Below, piece after piece: positions 1 through 10,265 of a stretch of 64,000 nt of DNA. The position numbers were made by a program, and so were the translations under genes. The notes below the pieces were generated by a model, which worked only from the letters and a program-made list of their open reading frames with translations, was not told the origin of the DNA and searched no databases. The DNA is taken from sequence record LR588166.1, one strand, 5' to 3'. Each line of letters begins with the position of its first letter. Position 1 is the stretch's first letter.

Positions 1-564
1 GTTATTGCGAATGCTAGACTGCCGTTTGCCTCAACTACTGTATATGGTATAGTAACTCTGTTAGATTCAGTTGCCAGTACATCTATATCTACTGCTGCTA
101 CACCGAATTCGGTGAAAACTGCATATGACTTAGCAACGACAAAAGCTAATATATCACATACACATACTCCTGTTCAAGTAGGTTTATCGAATATTTCTAA
201 TAACGGAAATACTATAACGGGAAATACAACTATATCCGGTGCATTGTCAGTAACAGGAAATGCTGTTTTTAATACATCTGATATAAAATTAAAAGATAAT
301 ATACAGCCCATTAAAAATCCAGTAGAACTTCTTAGCAAAATTTCAGGATATACCTATACTAGAAATGATTGTAATAACGAAAAACAAACCGGTATTATTG
401 CGCAGGAAGTTGAAACGATACAACCTGAAAGTGTAAGAGAAGTAGACGGTATAAAAACTGTAAACCATAATGGAATAATTGCACTGTTAGTTAGTGCAGT
501 TAATGAACTTTCTAAAGAAATAGAAGAATTAAAACAACAACTTTCTTACAAAAAAAGGGACTAA
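1..564 (+). CDS. Tail fibre protein, C-terminal part (tail-fibre repeat plus peptidase S74-type intramolecular chaperone); 5' end lies outside the window
   Basis: Frame is open from base 1: ASTTVYGIVTLLDSVASTSISTAATPNSVKTAYDLA matches the phage tail-fibre repeat; SDIKLKDNI...GIIAQEVE...P..V...coiled coil matches the S74 chaperone pattern. Confidence 0.85.
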   Translation, partial: VIANARLPFASTTVYGIVTLLDSVASTSISTAATPNSVKTAYDLATTKANISHTHTPVQVGLSNISNNGNTITGNTTISGALSVTGNAVFNTSDIKLKDNIQPIKNPVELLSKISGYTYTRNDCNNEKQTGIIAQEVETIQPESVREVDGIKTVNHNGIIALLVSAVNELSKEIEELKQQLSYKKRD

Positions 565-581
565 CCTAAGTCCCTTTTTTC
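550..581. terminator. Bidirectional intrinsic terminator between convergent genes
   Basis: A7-GGGACT-loop-AGTCCC-T6. Confidence 0.8.
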
Positions 582-1169
582 TGAAATTCCTAATAGCATT
601 AAGCTAAAATCATTTAAGCAGTATTCTAGTTTATCTCTTATTTTATTTAATTCTTTTATATTTTTATTAAAATATTTGTAATCTTTATTATATTTTGATT
701 TAAAAACACATATTTTATTTAAATCGCAGTTTATATCTGAAATTACAGATAATAAAAAATATTCTGTATAGAATGTGGATATAATCCACGATGTTTTTAG
801 AGTAACTAAATCAGACAACAATGCTGCCTGTAACTCTTGATGTATACTATAAACGGGATTTATATTCTTTTTATAATTAGCAAGTATGGCAGGGTATTTA
901 TATTTAGATGTTTCTGTTTCTAGCGTGTTATATAATGTACATAATTCTGAATCGAATTTTATAGTTTCGTTATAATAATTTAACGCAATTTTAGTTGCTA
1001 TATCTAATTCTAATTTTTTATATAATTCTTTTGTGCAAAGATTTTTTATATTAGAATTAATACCTTTATTATTATATAATTCTTTGTTTATTATACCGGT
1101 TTTATTATATATGTTTAAATATTTTTTATATTTAAATTCAATTAAATTAGTTACTTCATTGTGTACCAT
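561..1169 (-). CDS. Hypothetical protein
   Basis: 202-aa ORF in the minus-strand operon; no motif recognised. Confidence 0.6.
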   Translation of the reverse strand: MVHNEVTNLIEFKYKKYLNIYNKTGIINKELYNNKGINSNIKNLCTKELYKKLELDIATKIALNYYNETIKFDSELCTLYNTLETETSKYKYPAILANYKKNINPVYSIHQELQAALLSDLVTLKTSWIISTFYTEYFLLSVISDINCDLNKICVFKSKYNKDYKYFNKNIKELNKIRDKLEYCLNDFSLMLLGISEKRDLG

Positions 1170-1171
1170 TT

Positions 1172-1663
1172 TTATACTTCTTTATGGTTTGACAATATTA
1201 ATTTAAGTTTATCGATACTTTTAGCAGATTTAAAACTTTGCTTTGCACCATAGTGCATAGGATTCGGCCAAGTACCCAATGAAACCCAAGCATATCCTGA
1301 CGATTCCGAATTAAGTATAGGAATGAATTCGTCTTCTACAACACAAACAAAACTGTAATATCTAAAATTTTTATCTTTACTTTCGTAAATATCAAACGGA
1401 TAAATTTTATCTATATTGGGTACAAAACCCATTTCTTCTTGAAGTTCTCTTAGAAGTCCATCCTTCGGTAATTCGTTATTTTCTAACATACCTCCCCATA
1501 AACTCCATGTAAGACTATATGTCTTGTGCTCTGCACGCAAATTATATAGAATTCTATTAGTTTTGCATGAAATAAAAAGAGTCCCCACAGCTATCTTTTT
1601 AGCTAATTGAGCAGATGTTATCGACGCGCCAATATCCTGCTTTATAATCCCCTGCGTATCCAT
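1172..1663 (-). CDS. Nudix hydrolase
   Basis: Nudix box GGMLENNELPKDGLLRELQEEMGF; start is probably the ATG at 1663, overlapping the upstream gene. Confidence 0.85.
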   Translation of the reverse strand: MDTQGIIKQDIGASITSAQLAKKIAVGTLFISCKTNRILYNLRAEHKTYSLTWSLWGGMLENNELPKDGLLRELQEEMGFVPNIDKIYPFDIYESKDKNFRYYSFVCVVEDEFIPILNSESSGYAWVSLGTWPNPMHYGAKQSFKSAKSIDKLKLILSNHKEV

Positions 1664-2969
1664 ATTGCCATTCTCTATCTTTAAATTTGTATAATTCTTT
1701 ATCGTATAAATTTCTAACATACACAGGACTATTATTTGTTACTCTTGCATTAAATGTAACTACCCATTGTGTTCCTGTATATTCTATTATATCAGAATCG
1801 TATGCAACAAAACTATTACCCCATGGGTATGAATTTTTTATTGCAGGTTCTTCTCCTTTAGTTAACGAATTTAGTACCATGTATCTTTGGCCTATTTGTG
1901 CTTCTGGTAATTTATTTCCAGGAAACATTTTAGATGGATCTATAATTCTATTTATAGGCGGAATAGTAGCAGAAGGCAAAGTTTCGTCTATTGGGGTAAA
2001 TGTAGTTGTATTTGTAGACGAAGGTTCTATATATCCTATTATTTCTATATCGGGATTATCTATATTTCCCTGAATGAGTTTAACTGTAGTAACATTTTGT
2101 TCAACTGAACCGTATATATTAAGTAATTTGTCCCACGAATCGGATGATACATCTCCGTATGTATTAAGTAATGTTAGTTTGTTATCAATTACTCTTAGAC
2201 CATAGTTTCCGGGTGTCACACATAACTGTTCTTTAACTGTACCGGGAGTTACATTAAAGAAATCGGTCGTACTTTTTATATCAGAAAAACTATCTGTATA
2301 AATGTTACTTATGATTGTATTGATTATCTTTTGTTTTTTAACTTTAGCTGGTGGATTTATATATACAATCATTTGAAATATAAGAGACGATATATCGTAG
2401 TCAGTAGATGTCCCTACAGGTATAGTCCTGTTAGACCATTGTGTTTCTTTTAATTCTAATTCAAATATTCTAGACCAATCTAAGGGGTTTTGATTTTGTT
2501 CTAGCTGTATACTAGGGTTAAATAATACTAATATTTGTTCTAAAATTTGTAATTTATTATCTGTATTAGAAGTCAATATATCTAATCGTGTTGTTAGTTT
2601 ATAAGGCACAGGCATATATGCTTCAACTGTGTATCTATTTCCGGGTTTGTTAATATAACTACCATTTGCATCTGTAGCTAATTCCGTAACATTAGATACT
2701 TTTACCCCTTGTGTATCAACCCGATAATCTGGTGCCAAATCTAAACCAGTGATATAACCTGCCATAATAGGCACAGGTATTACTGTATTTTGATTATTTC
2801 CGTTAATAATAGATGCAACTTGTCTAGACATATCTCCGTATATAACTGGGACTCTTTTTTGAATAGATACGCCGTTATCGTCAGGTGCAGTTCTTATGTT
2901 TATATCTGAAAAAACTCGTAGAAACTGTAAAAGATATCGTCTTAACTGCTCGTCGTAAAAATAGTTCAT
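1599..2969 (-). CDS. gp15: Tail sheath stabiliser / tail completion protein (T4 gp15-like) with C-terminal extension
   Basis: N-terminus YFYDEQLRRYLLQF...RVPVIYGD and MPVPYKL..RLDI...QILEQILVLFNP, typical of the gp15 family. Confidence 0.7.
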   Translation of the reverse strand: MNYFYDEQLRRYLLQFLRVFSDINIRTAPDDNGVSIQKRVPVIYGDMSRQVASIINGNNQNTVIPVPIMAGYITGLDLAPDYRVDTQGVKVSNVTELATDANGSYINKPGNRYTVEAYMPVPYKLTTRLDILTSNTDNKLQILEQILVLFNPSIQLEQNQNPLDWSRIFELELKETQWSNRTIPVGTSTDYDISSLIFQMIVYINPPAKVKKQKIINTIISNIYTDSFSDIKSTTDFFNVTPGTVKEQLCVTPGNYGLRVIDNKLTLLNTYGDVSSDSWDKLLNIYGSVEQNVTTVKLIQGNIDNPDIEIIGYIEPSSTNTTTFTPIDETLPSATIPPINRIIDPSKMFPGNKLPEAQIGQRYMVLNSLTKGEEPAIKNSYPWGNSFVAYDSDIIEYTGTQWVVTFNARVTNNSPVYVRNLYDKELYKFKDREWQYGYAGDYKAGYWRVDNICSIS

Positions 2970-4060
2970 TATTTTTTACCGTATATTTCGTTGAGTTTAT
3001 CTTCGTTTAGATTTACTCTGGCTTTTACTGCTTTAGATAGTGCTTGTTTTTCTGGTGCTGTAGTACAATCATTATTTGTAACAATGTTTGTGTTATCAAT
3101 GAATGTATCTAATAGCATATTTACAGGAGTCCATTTTCTCCTAGCATCATCTTCTATTTTTATATAGCGATTTCCTACTTTTCTAAATAATCTGTCTGGC
3201 TTGAAGTCTGTTCTTAAAAAGAATTCTCCCTCTTGCATATCATCTGGAAATTCTGTACCAGACCCTTTTAGTTTGTATGCATTTGGCGGCACACCAGTTC
3301 CAGTCCATAATAATAATTCGAACGAACCGTTTTCTTTTTCTGCCATCCAGAGATGTGCAGCATCCGACCACGTGGGATCGAACATAACATTTTTTCTTGC
3401 TTCTTCTATTATACCATCTGTTATGTCCTGATATTTGTCGTCGTTTGTTATAGGGCATTTATTATCATCATAACATCCAGCAGGACCTATTTCTTCTCCG
3501 TCGGGACCTATTGCTGTTCCGTCTGTTCCTATAATATCTTCGTATTCTTGACCGCCTTTTAGTTGTTGAGCTTTTACTCTCCATAAATGAGACCACCAGC
3601 CCGGACCATATCCTTCTGCAGAATGAGTAGCATCTTGAATTACATAATATCTATTTAATATAGGATCGTTAATATCTAGTGTATCGGGATCTCTTAAATG
3701 CGGTAATTCCAATACATCACCGGACATTAATTTTCTACCTATTTGATTTAGCATAGAATTATAATGAAATGTTATGAAAATGGTATCGTTTGTTAAAAAT
3801 ATACCGAACTGTGATAAATCGAATTCAGAATTTTGCGGCTGATAACACCCCCTTAAGTCAAACAAACTACTATCATATTTTCTATTTCTATTTTCTAAAA
3901 ATAAAATATCTTCTATTGTAGTTTCGTCGCCTTTACCTGTCCCTACATATTTGTGAACTATAATTCCAGTACCGCCCATTTCGACAAAATCTTTTACAGT
4001 TCTGTCTACGAAACTATAGTCTTTTCCTTTGTTAGGATTCCAAAGTGATAACCGTGCCAT
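2969..4060 (-). CDS. gp14: Neck / head-closure protein (T4 gp14-like)
   Basis: DLSQFGIFL.ND.IFITFH and ..GDVLELPH motifs; adjacent to the gp15-like gene; late-type promoter upstream. Confidence 0.65.
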   Translation of the reverse strand: MARLSLWNPNKGKDYSFVDRTVKDFVEMGGTGIIVHKYVGTGKGDETTIEDILFLENRNRKYDSSLFDLRGCYQPQNSEFDLSQFGIFLTNDTIFITFHYNSMLNQIGRKLMSGDVLELPHLRDPDTLDINDPILNRYYVIQDATHSAEGYGPGWWSHLWRVKAQQLKGGQEYEDIIGTDGTAIGPDGEEIGPAGCYDDNKCPITNDDKYQDITDGIIEEARKNVMFDPTWSDAAHLWMAEKENGSFELLLWTGTGVPPNAYKLKGSGTEFPDDMQEGEFFLRTDFKPDRLFRKVGNRYIKIEDDARRKWTPVNMLLDTFIDNTNIVTNNDCTTAPEKQALSKAVKARVNLNEDKLNEIYGKK

Positions 4061-4114
4061 ATAAACTCCTAGTTATAGGTATTTATCTGATAAAATAAAC
4101 AAAAATATCTCAAT

Positions 4115-4143
4115 AAAAAAGCAACCTTAGGTTGCTTTTTTTT
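4115..4143. terminator. Intrinsic terminator (bidirectional form)
   Basis: A6-GCAACC-TTA-GGTTGC-T8. Confidence 0.75.
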
Positions 4144-4624
4144 CTCTTTGCTTTTTTCTTAAATCGTTGTATTTTTTTTCATAATTAACCGATAGTTCGG
4201 GGAATTCTATTTTTAATAAATCTTGTGCTTTTTTTATTTTAGAAAAATCTATTTTTTCTGGTAAATCTCGTAAAATATCTTTATCTTTTTCTATAATAGA
4301 TAATATATCGGGGTTAGTTATATACTTAACTGCTTCTCTGTCGAGGGAAGCCAAAACCATATTTCTTTCAGTTCTTATATTTTTTAATGTTTTATTTGCA
4401 GCAGAATCTAAATCTATTACTACTTTAGTTGGATTTTGTATTTTATCAAATTTTAATGAATCGAAAAATTGTTGTTCTAATGTGTCGGGAAGTTTATCGT
4501 ATATAACATATTGGGTATTTTCATTAAATATACCCAGCGTATATAATTCTTCTGTAGATTTGTCTGTTATTAATTTAGCAACCCTTGTTTCGTCGATAGG
4601 GTTTGTATAAAAGATGGTTTTCAT
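4127..4624 (-). CDS. Putative tail-fibre assembly/chaperone protein
   Basis: Directly downstream of three fibre genes; LKNIRTERNMVLASLD...KDILRDLP resembles tail-fibre assembly proteins. Confidence 0.5.
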   Translation of the reverse strand: MKTIFYTNPIDETRVAKLITDKSTEELYTLGIFNENTQYVIYDKLPDTLEQQFFDSLKFDKIQNPTKVVIDLDSAANKTLKNIRTERNMVLASLDREAVKYITNPDILSIIEKDKDILRDLPEKIDFSKIKKAQDLLKIEFPELSVNYEKKYNDLRKKQREKKAT

Positions 4625-4637
4625 GTGTATCTATCCT

Positions 4638-6173
4638 TTAGTAGTATATTACAAGTGAGAAGAACGGTGCATCGAAATAATCTTCGCCGAATCTGTTAGT
4701 CCAACCCGATGGATTGTAATTTATTATGTGATCTGCTTTTGTTATTTTACAGTTAACATCAAAATATGTGGTAGTTTTTGTTGTTACCCATTGTTCAGTT
4801 ATATTTAGTTGATTATTCCATACCATTGCATCAGCGTTTCCTAATACAACTACATAATTTGTATCTGGCGCAGGCACAGATAGATATACTCTATAGCGAC
4901 CCGATGCTAATTTACTAACTGTTAAATTCCAGGAATCTAGTCTACTGCCAGTGGGACCGGACCAAGATATCCATCCTTTTGATTTTTTTATTAAAGTGTT
5001 ATATCCGGCCCATTCATTTAATGCTTGCGCCGGAGTAAATCTCATAGTATTGTTTGAATTACTTCTTACAAAACCTATTTTGCTATTTCTAGTAAATTGA
5101 TCACTAGTATTGTTGCCCGTAGATCTTAACAATCTACCAGTGATGGCACCCGAGGAATCTCGCTCTACTACAGTGCCCGGAGTAGCAAGTGTAGAGTTTA
5201 TTCTACCGTCTAATGCAGCAGAATCTGATGCCTTACCGTTGACAGGAAGAGCCCCTATTTGTGCAGGAGTCGGTCTATATCCCAAATGAAATACTTGATT
5301 ATTGCCAATGTATAGTTGATTTGGAGATAATCTATATTGTAATGCCAGGACAGGAGCTGTATTAAGTGAGCCTCTATTATACAGTTTAATAAAAACAGAT
5401 GATGTACTAAGAGTAGTATTATTTAATTCTAATATAGTAGCTGATGAATTGTTAGTAGCTATTGTATTATTAATAGATAGACCGTTAGAAATACCCCTAG
5501 ATTCTAAGTATGATTTTCCTGATCTAAACGACATTAATCCGTCAGATGGTGTTACATTAATGGCTGCATTTGCTACAGGAGCAGCAACCTTCATAAATTT
5601 TGCAGCAGGTATTCCGTTTAAATTATTCGAGTTTGCTGCTTTATCTGTTTTCTTTAGAAATAAAGCATCTGCTTCTGCTTTAGTGTAAGTAACATCCTTA
5701 CCGAAAACACCTAAATTTGTTCTAGCAGAACTTGCGTTTAATACGTCTGCAAAATTTTTAGATTTATCGAATATAGGGTAATTTTCTAATTTATCTAGTT
5801 TTACTGAATATTTGTCTACTAAGTGAGGGTTATTATAGTTAGTAATATGAGCCCATACTGCATCTTCTTCGAATTTAGTAATAGGAACCCAGTTATTTAT
5901 ATTTGTACTATCTAATCCATTTGGTCCAGGGAATATGTACATTTGCCTTGTATTTTCTTTCCACCATAACTGCCCTGTTACGGCAGATACCGGCGGAAGA
6001 TGATATGAGAAATTATTTAGTATATTAATTAAATTCTCACCAACATCTTGTACATATGATTTTACATAAGTTCCTGTGAATACTAATGAAGTTTCTGTAT
6101 TTTTTTTTAAATCTTTGACTAAATATCCGCCATCGATTAATCTATATCGATAATGTTTTACTCTGTAATTCAT
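4638..6173 (-). CDS. Tail fibre-like protein (paralogue 3)
   Basis: Shares the ENF/NNF..PP...GQLW, HI.N.NNPH.V.K...L..L.N and terminal SKGWISW.G...YRV modules with the two upstream genes. Confidence 0.75.
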   Translation of the reverse strand: MNYRVKHYRYRLIDGGYLVKDLKKNTETSLVFTGTYVKSYVQDVGENLINILNNFSYHLPPVSAVTGQLWWKENTRQMYIFPGPNGLDSTNINNWVPITKFEEDAVWAHITNYNNPHLVDKYSVKLDKLENYPIFDKSKNFADVLNASSARTNLGVFGKDVTYTKAEADALFLKKTDKAANSNNLNGIPAAKFMKVAAPVANAAINVTPSDGLMSFRSGKSYLESRGISNGLSINNTIATNNSSATILELNNTTLSTSSVFIKLYNRGSLNTAPVLALQYRLSPNQLYIGNNQVFHLGYRPTPAQIGALPVNGKASDSAALDGRINSTLATPGTVVERDSSGAITGRLLRSTGNNTSDQFTRNSKIGFVRSNSNNTMRFTPAQALNEWAGYNTLIKKSKGWISWSGPTGSRLDSWNLTVSKLASGRYRVYLSVPAPDTNYVVVLGNADAMVWNNQLNITEQWVTTKTTTYFDVNCKITKADHIINYNPSGWTNRFGEDYFDAPFFSLVIYY

Positions 6174-6174
6174 A

Positions 6175-7773
6175 TTAGAAGAACCATGTAAATGTTATGT
6201 TGTTAGCGTCTGCGTATACATTAGTAAACGAATCTAAAGAATAGTTATTATAATTAATATTGTATGTTCTGAAGAATTCTAAATCTGTATAAGTAGTGCT
6301 TCTTAAATATACCAATGATGAATTGTAGCTAAGTCTCCCAGTGCCAGCAGCCATACCAGTAGATATTTGACCGTCACTAGTAACTCCTACAAACGGAACA
6401 ACAGAACCCGCAGCAGGCGTAGAAAATGAATTGTAATATATTCTATATTTCCCTGTACCTAGTTTAGTTAATGTACAGTTATGTGACTTATAAGTAGAAC
6501 CTGTTATTCCGTTAAATTGTATCCAAGCTTTAACTACACCTTTAGGTTCGTTAGCCCTAAACCACGACTGGAATGAAGAGACATTTGCTCGTCTAACATA
6601 GTTATCGCTTGTATTTGAATTTCTAAATAGAATTAAATTTCCTGTTTCTATGTTTTCGTCTGGATTAGAAACTTGAATGTGTCTAGCATGTACATCTCCT
6701 GCACCATCTCTTAATACAACTGCATTGTCATTTGGACTGCTAGATTGATAAATGCCATTTAATAATAGTGTATTGACAGCCTTTCCGTTTAGTGGAAGTG
6801 AACCGACAGCAGCGTTAGACGGTATTCTTCCTGTATGATACATTTCACTAGGATTAGTATCGTAGTCTATTATTAAATTAGTTTTTGTAAATCTATATGA
6901 TTTTACTGGTTGTGCTGTTTGATTGTTTGCAGTAGCACGATTAAATAAAACCATAGTAACTATAGGATCACTATTATCGTTAATAAACGATAACATAGCA
7001 CCGGTATCGTTTGCAGATGCAATTCTTCCGTCTGACCTTATTCCAGACAACAAATCTATATTTCCTGCACCTGTGTTAACTACTATAGAACCTTTAGAGT
7101 TATTATATGTTAACGCAGTATTAGTGATTATACTGGTTGTATCGAACGTTCTATAAACAACAGGGTTGTCTACAAGGACAAAATCAGCACTAGTTAAGCC
7201 ATCTAATCTGTCAGTATTATTTACTGTACCACCTTTTGTCATAAAAAGATTGTTTACAGTAGTTTTATTGTAAGTTTCTGAAGTCCCGTATACTTCTAAA
7301 TTAGATCGGCATATAGATGCATCTAATACATCTGCAAGATTTAATGTTTTGTTAAATGTGTAAACATTAGGAACATTTCCCAATCCCACTTGTTCTTTTG
7401 TTGTCTCGTGGGGATCGTTAATACCTGTTCTTGATTCGTGATCTGTTAGCTCATTTAAAATAGTAGATCCTAGATTTTTCCAATCGGAAGAAACAGACGT
7501 AGGTTTATCATTACTTATGTAAACTTTAACACTTTTTTCATCTGGATTAAACCATAATTGACCTTCTATCGGATTTAACGGAGCAATAGTATGACTAAAA
7601 TTTTCCATCTTCCATAGCATATTTTGGAAGAACTGACTTTTGTAAGATTCATTATACGATCCTATTAGTCCAATAGAAGAGTACGTATTGTCTATTTGTA
7701 TATCGTTAACGGTTTTATTTGGTTTAGAAGAGCCGCCGTTGACAGATGAATAACGTTTAATAGTGTAAGGCAT
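6175..7773 (-). CDS. Tail fibre-like protein (paralogue 2)
   Basis: MENFSHTIAPLNPIEGQLW; DPHETTKEQVGLGNVPN; VKAWIQFNG...KLGTGKYRIY. Confidence 0.75.
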   Translation of the reverse strand: MPYTIKRYSSVNGGSSKPNKTVNDIQIDNTYSSIGLIGSYNESYKSQFFQNMLWKMENFSHTIAPLNPIEGQLWFNPDEKSVKVYISNDKPTSVSSDWKNLGSTILNELTDHESRTGINDPHETTKEQVGLGNVPNVYTFNKTLNLADVLDASICRSNLEVYGTSETYNKTTVNNLFMTKGGTVNNTDRLDGLTSADFVLVDNPVVYRTFDTTSIITNTALTYNNSKGSIVVNTGAGNIDLLSGIRSDGRIASANDTGAMLSFINDNSDPIVTMVLFNRATANNQTAQPVKSYRFTKTNLIIDYDTNPSEMYHTGRIPSNAAVGSLPLNGKAVNTLLLNGIYQSSSPNDNAVVLRDGAGDVHARHIQVSNPDENIETGNLILFRNSNTSDNYVRRANVSSFQSWFRANEPKGVVKAWIQFNGITGSTYKSHNCTLTKLGTGKYRIYYNSFSTPAAGSVVPFVGVTSDGQISTGMAAGTGRLSYNSSLVYLRSTTYTDLEFFRTYNINYNNYSLDSFTNVYADANNITFTWFF

Positions 7774-10148
7774 TATAGATTTACCCAGGATGAAAAATAT
7801 ACTTGTAATGATGCTAATCCCGGATCGTCATATTCCCTTGAATAATCTTGATAACCGGTTCCGTCGTTGTTATTAAAATTACTGTTTAATGTACTAGCAA
7901 CGTCAAAGTATGATAATGTTTTGTTATAGCAATATATAGACACTGCTCTAAATGCTTTAGAATAGTTAACAACATCTCCCTCTATGGCACCTACGTGCCC
8001 CTCTGACATACATTGTGTCATAACAACATAATTTGTATTTGTTGGACGCAAAGTAGTAAAATAGAATCTATATAATCCTGTTCCTAATTTTGTTATAGAT
8101 AAGTTTAAAGTGTTTATTACAAAGAAGGAACCGCCCGTAAGGTTTGTGTCTGAGAATGATGCCAGACCTTTTGGCATATCTATTTCTACTTTCCAGTCAT
8201 ATCCTAAATAAGTTACTAATTGGTCCCTGCTAGCAAAACGAACATAATTGTCATTGGTATTATTGTTTCTAAATGTTACTTGGGCATTTACTGACATAGG
8301 GTCTGCATTAGTGTATGTCATACTAAATGAAGATGCAGATAGATACCCGCCGTTTGCATCAGGAAGATTAGAAGGTGTATATCTTACTGCTATTGTGTTG
8401 GCACCCGGACTAGTTGAATTTATTTTACCGTTAAGTAAATATGAATCTACGGCAGTACCGTTCCACGCTAATGCTCCTACTTCGGCAGCTGTCGGCGGCC
8501 GTCTGTCGTGGAATGCTAAATTACCAGAACCTATATATAGATTGTCTGCTTTAAATGATATGATACTATTTGCTACTAATGGTGTATTTATTGCACCAGT
8601 ATTATAGAAGACAAACTGTATTCCGTTATCTAATGTATTGTTAGTAACCATATTCATACTAACAGCAGTAGTATTATTTTGAGAATGAATATCTGTAACA
8701 GTACCGCCTAGTATTAGACTAGTTCCATAATTAGGTTTATATGCTAATCTGAAACTATTATCATTCATTACTATTACATCTCCTGATGTAACAGATGAAG
8801 TTATAGACGAAGTAACAAACGGTGTTTGTTTTTTAACGTAAGCTGTGCTATCTAACCCGCCTAGTAATTCTGAATCTGGAGAAGAACTATTTGATTTATC
8901 TACGAATAGATTATTATATTCTTGGGAATTGTATGTTTCGTTTTTACCATATATAGATAAATTATTTCTAGCGGCTGCCTTATTTAAAACATCTGCTAGG
9001 TTCAGTGTTTTATCGAATGTATTTACGTTATCTACTAACCCTAGCCCTATCTGTTCTTTTGTAACTTGATGGGGGTCGTTTTTATCATTAATGTGAGCAC
9101 TAAGTAAATCTAATGTGCCCTGAGTTAATGGATGCCATTTTGCTAGATTTGTAAATTCACCAGGTTCTCCTACATATACATAAAATGATCCTTGTGTCCC
9201 AGGTCCTTCTGTTTTATACCATAGTTGTCCTTTTATAGCATTTTGGGGAGGAGAAGAACTAGCAAAGTTTTCTACCATCCATATCATGGATTCACTAAAT
9301 GCTTTTTCGTAACCTGCCGAATTATATCCTGGCATAGATATAGAAAGTAAGTTAGAAGAAATATAGTTATCAGGTACATTTAATCCTGGAATCTTGTTAT
9401 AGCACTTTGCAGAAAAAGATAATACCTCGAAAGTACATAAATCCTGATTACCTGATACAAATCCAAATAATGCAGATGTTTTAAAATCAGTTAGTGTATC
9501 ATCGTTTAGATCTATAGTAAACACTGAGTTATCTAATATTACGTTAGAATTCCAGTCGGAACACTTAGCTGTTATTTTATTATTTTCTCTAATTACATTG
9601 ATAATTGTATATCTATTTGACCAGCCGAGATACCCTGTAGATGATGTAGAAGTAGCCCCAGCAGGACTGTTAATTCCTATTGTTTTACTAGAAAGAATCG
9701 TTCTGGTTTTATTGTTATCTAAAATTAGTTCCCAATTCCTTCCAGATCCACTGCTGGATGTATTACCTAATGACCGGACAGCAGATATATATTTTCCTTT
9801 TTGTCCAGCAACACACAAACCTAACCTGTTATTTCTTATAGAACTGCTAGATATTTTTATTGTAATATTAAAATCACTAACTTGATCCATGTATAACGCA
9901 TAGCTATATAACGATGCTGCATTAGTTGATATAGGATCAGGAGTTCTTGTGTAAGAAAGAATAGAAGTAGCTGACCATCCTGCAGTGACGCCGCCTATTG
10001 CTTTTCCTTCCCATGCATCATACAAGTTAACTGATGTAGCTTTTGACCAATCGGAAACAACTTCTTGGTAACTAGGAAAAGAAGTTAGTTCTCTATTTTG
10101 GTAATAATTATTTGATAAACGTAATTCGTAACCCATGACAATGCTCAA
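7773..10148 (-). CDS. Tail fibre-like protein (paralogue 1) with an extra N-terminal beta-rich domain
   Basis: MVENFASSSPPQNAIKGQLW; HINDKNDPHQVTKEQIGLGLVDN; KLGTGLYRFYF. Confidence 0.75.
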   Translation of the reverse strand: MSIVMGYELRLSNNYYQNRELTSFPSYQEVVSDWSKATSVNLYDAWEGKAIGGVTAGWSATSILSYTRTPDPISTNAASLYSYALYMDQVSDFNITIKISSSSIRNNRLGLCVAGQKGKYISAVRSLGNTSSSGSGRNWELILDNNKTRTILSSKTIGINSPAGATSTSSTGYLGWSNRYTIINVIRENNKITAKCSDWNSNVILDNSVFTIDLNDDTLTDFKTSALFGFVSGNQDLCTFEVLSFSAKCYNKIPGLNVPDNYISSNLLSISMPGYNSAGYEKAFSESMIWMVENFASSSPPQNAIKGQLWYKTEGPGTQGSFYVYVGEPGEFTNLAKWHPLTQGTLDLLSAHINDKNDPHQVTKEQIGLGLVDNVNTFDKTLNLADVLNKAAARNNLSIYGKNETYNSQEYNNLFVDKSNSSSPDSELLGGLDSTAYVKKQTPFVTSSITSSVTSGDVIVMNDNSFRLAYKPNYGTSLILGGTVTDIHSQNNTTAVSMNMVTNNTLDNGIQFVFYNTGAINTPLVANSIISFKADNLYIGSGNLAFHDRRPPTAAEVGALAWNGTAVDSYLLNGKINSTSPGANTIAVRYTPSNLPDANGGYLSASSFSMTYTNADPMSVNAQVTFRNNNTNDNYVRFASRDQLVTYLGYDWKVEIDMPKGLASFSDTNLTGGSFFVINTLNLSITKLGTGLYRFYFTTLRPTNTNYVVMTQCMSEGHVGAIEGDVVNYSKAFRAVSIYCYNKTLSYFDVASTLNSNFNNNDGTGYQDYSREYDDPGLASLQVYFSSWVNL

Positions 10149-10231
10149 TATTCTTTATGATATTTATCATAGTAATTTTAGGTAAATTTATGAAATTATA
10201 TTTATTTTCTTTTATAAAACATAAAATATAG

Positions 10232-10260
10232 TTGTTTAATTTAGCTGGGTGTAATATAAT
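10232..10260 (+). promoter_or_regulatory. Sigma70-like promoter upstream of the ncRNA candidate
   Basis: TTGTTT-17 bp-TATAAT. Confidence 0.55.
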
Positions 10261-10265
10261 TTGTA

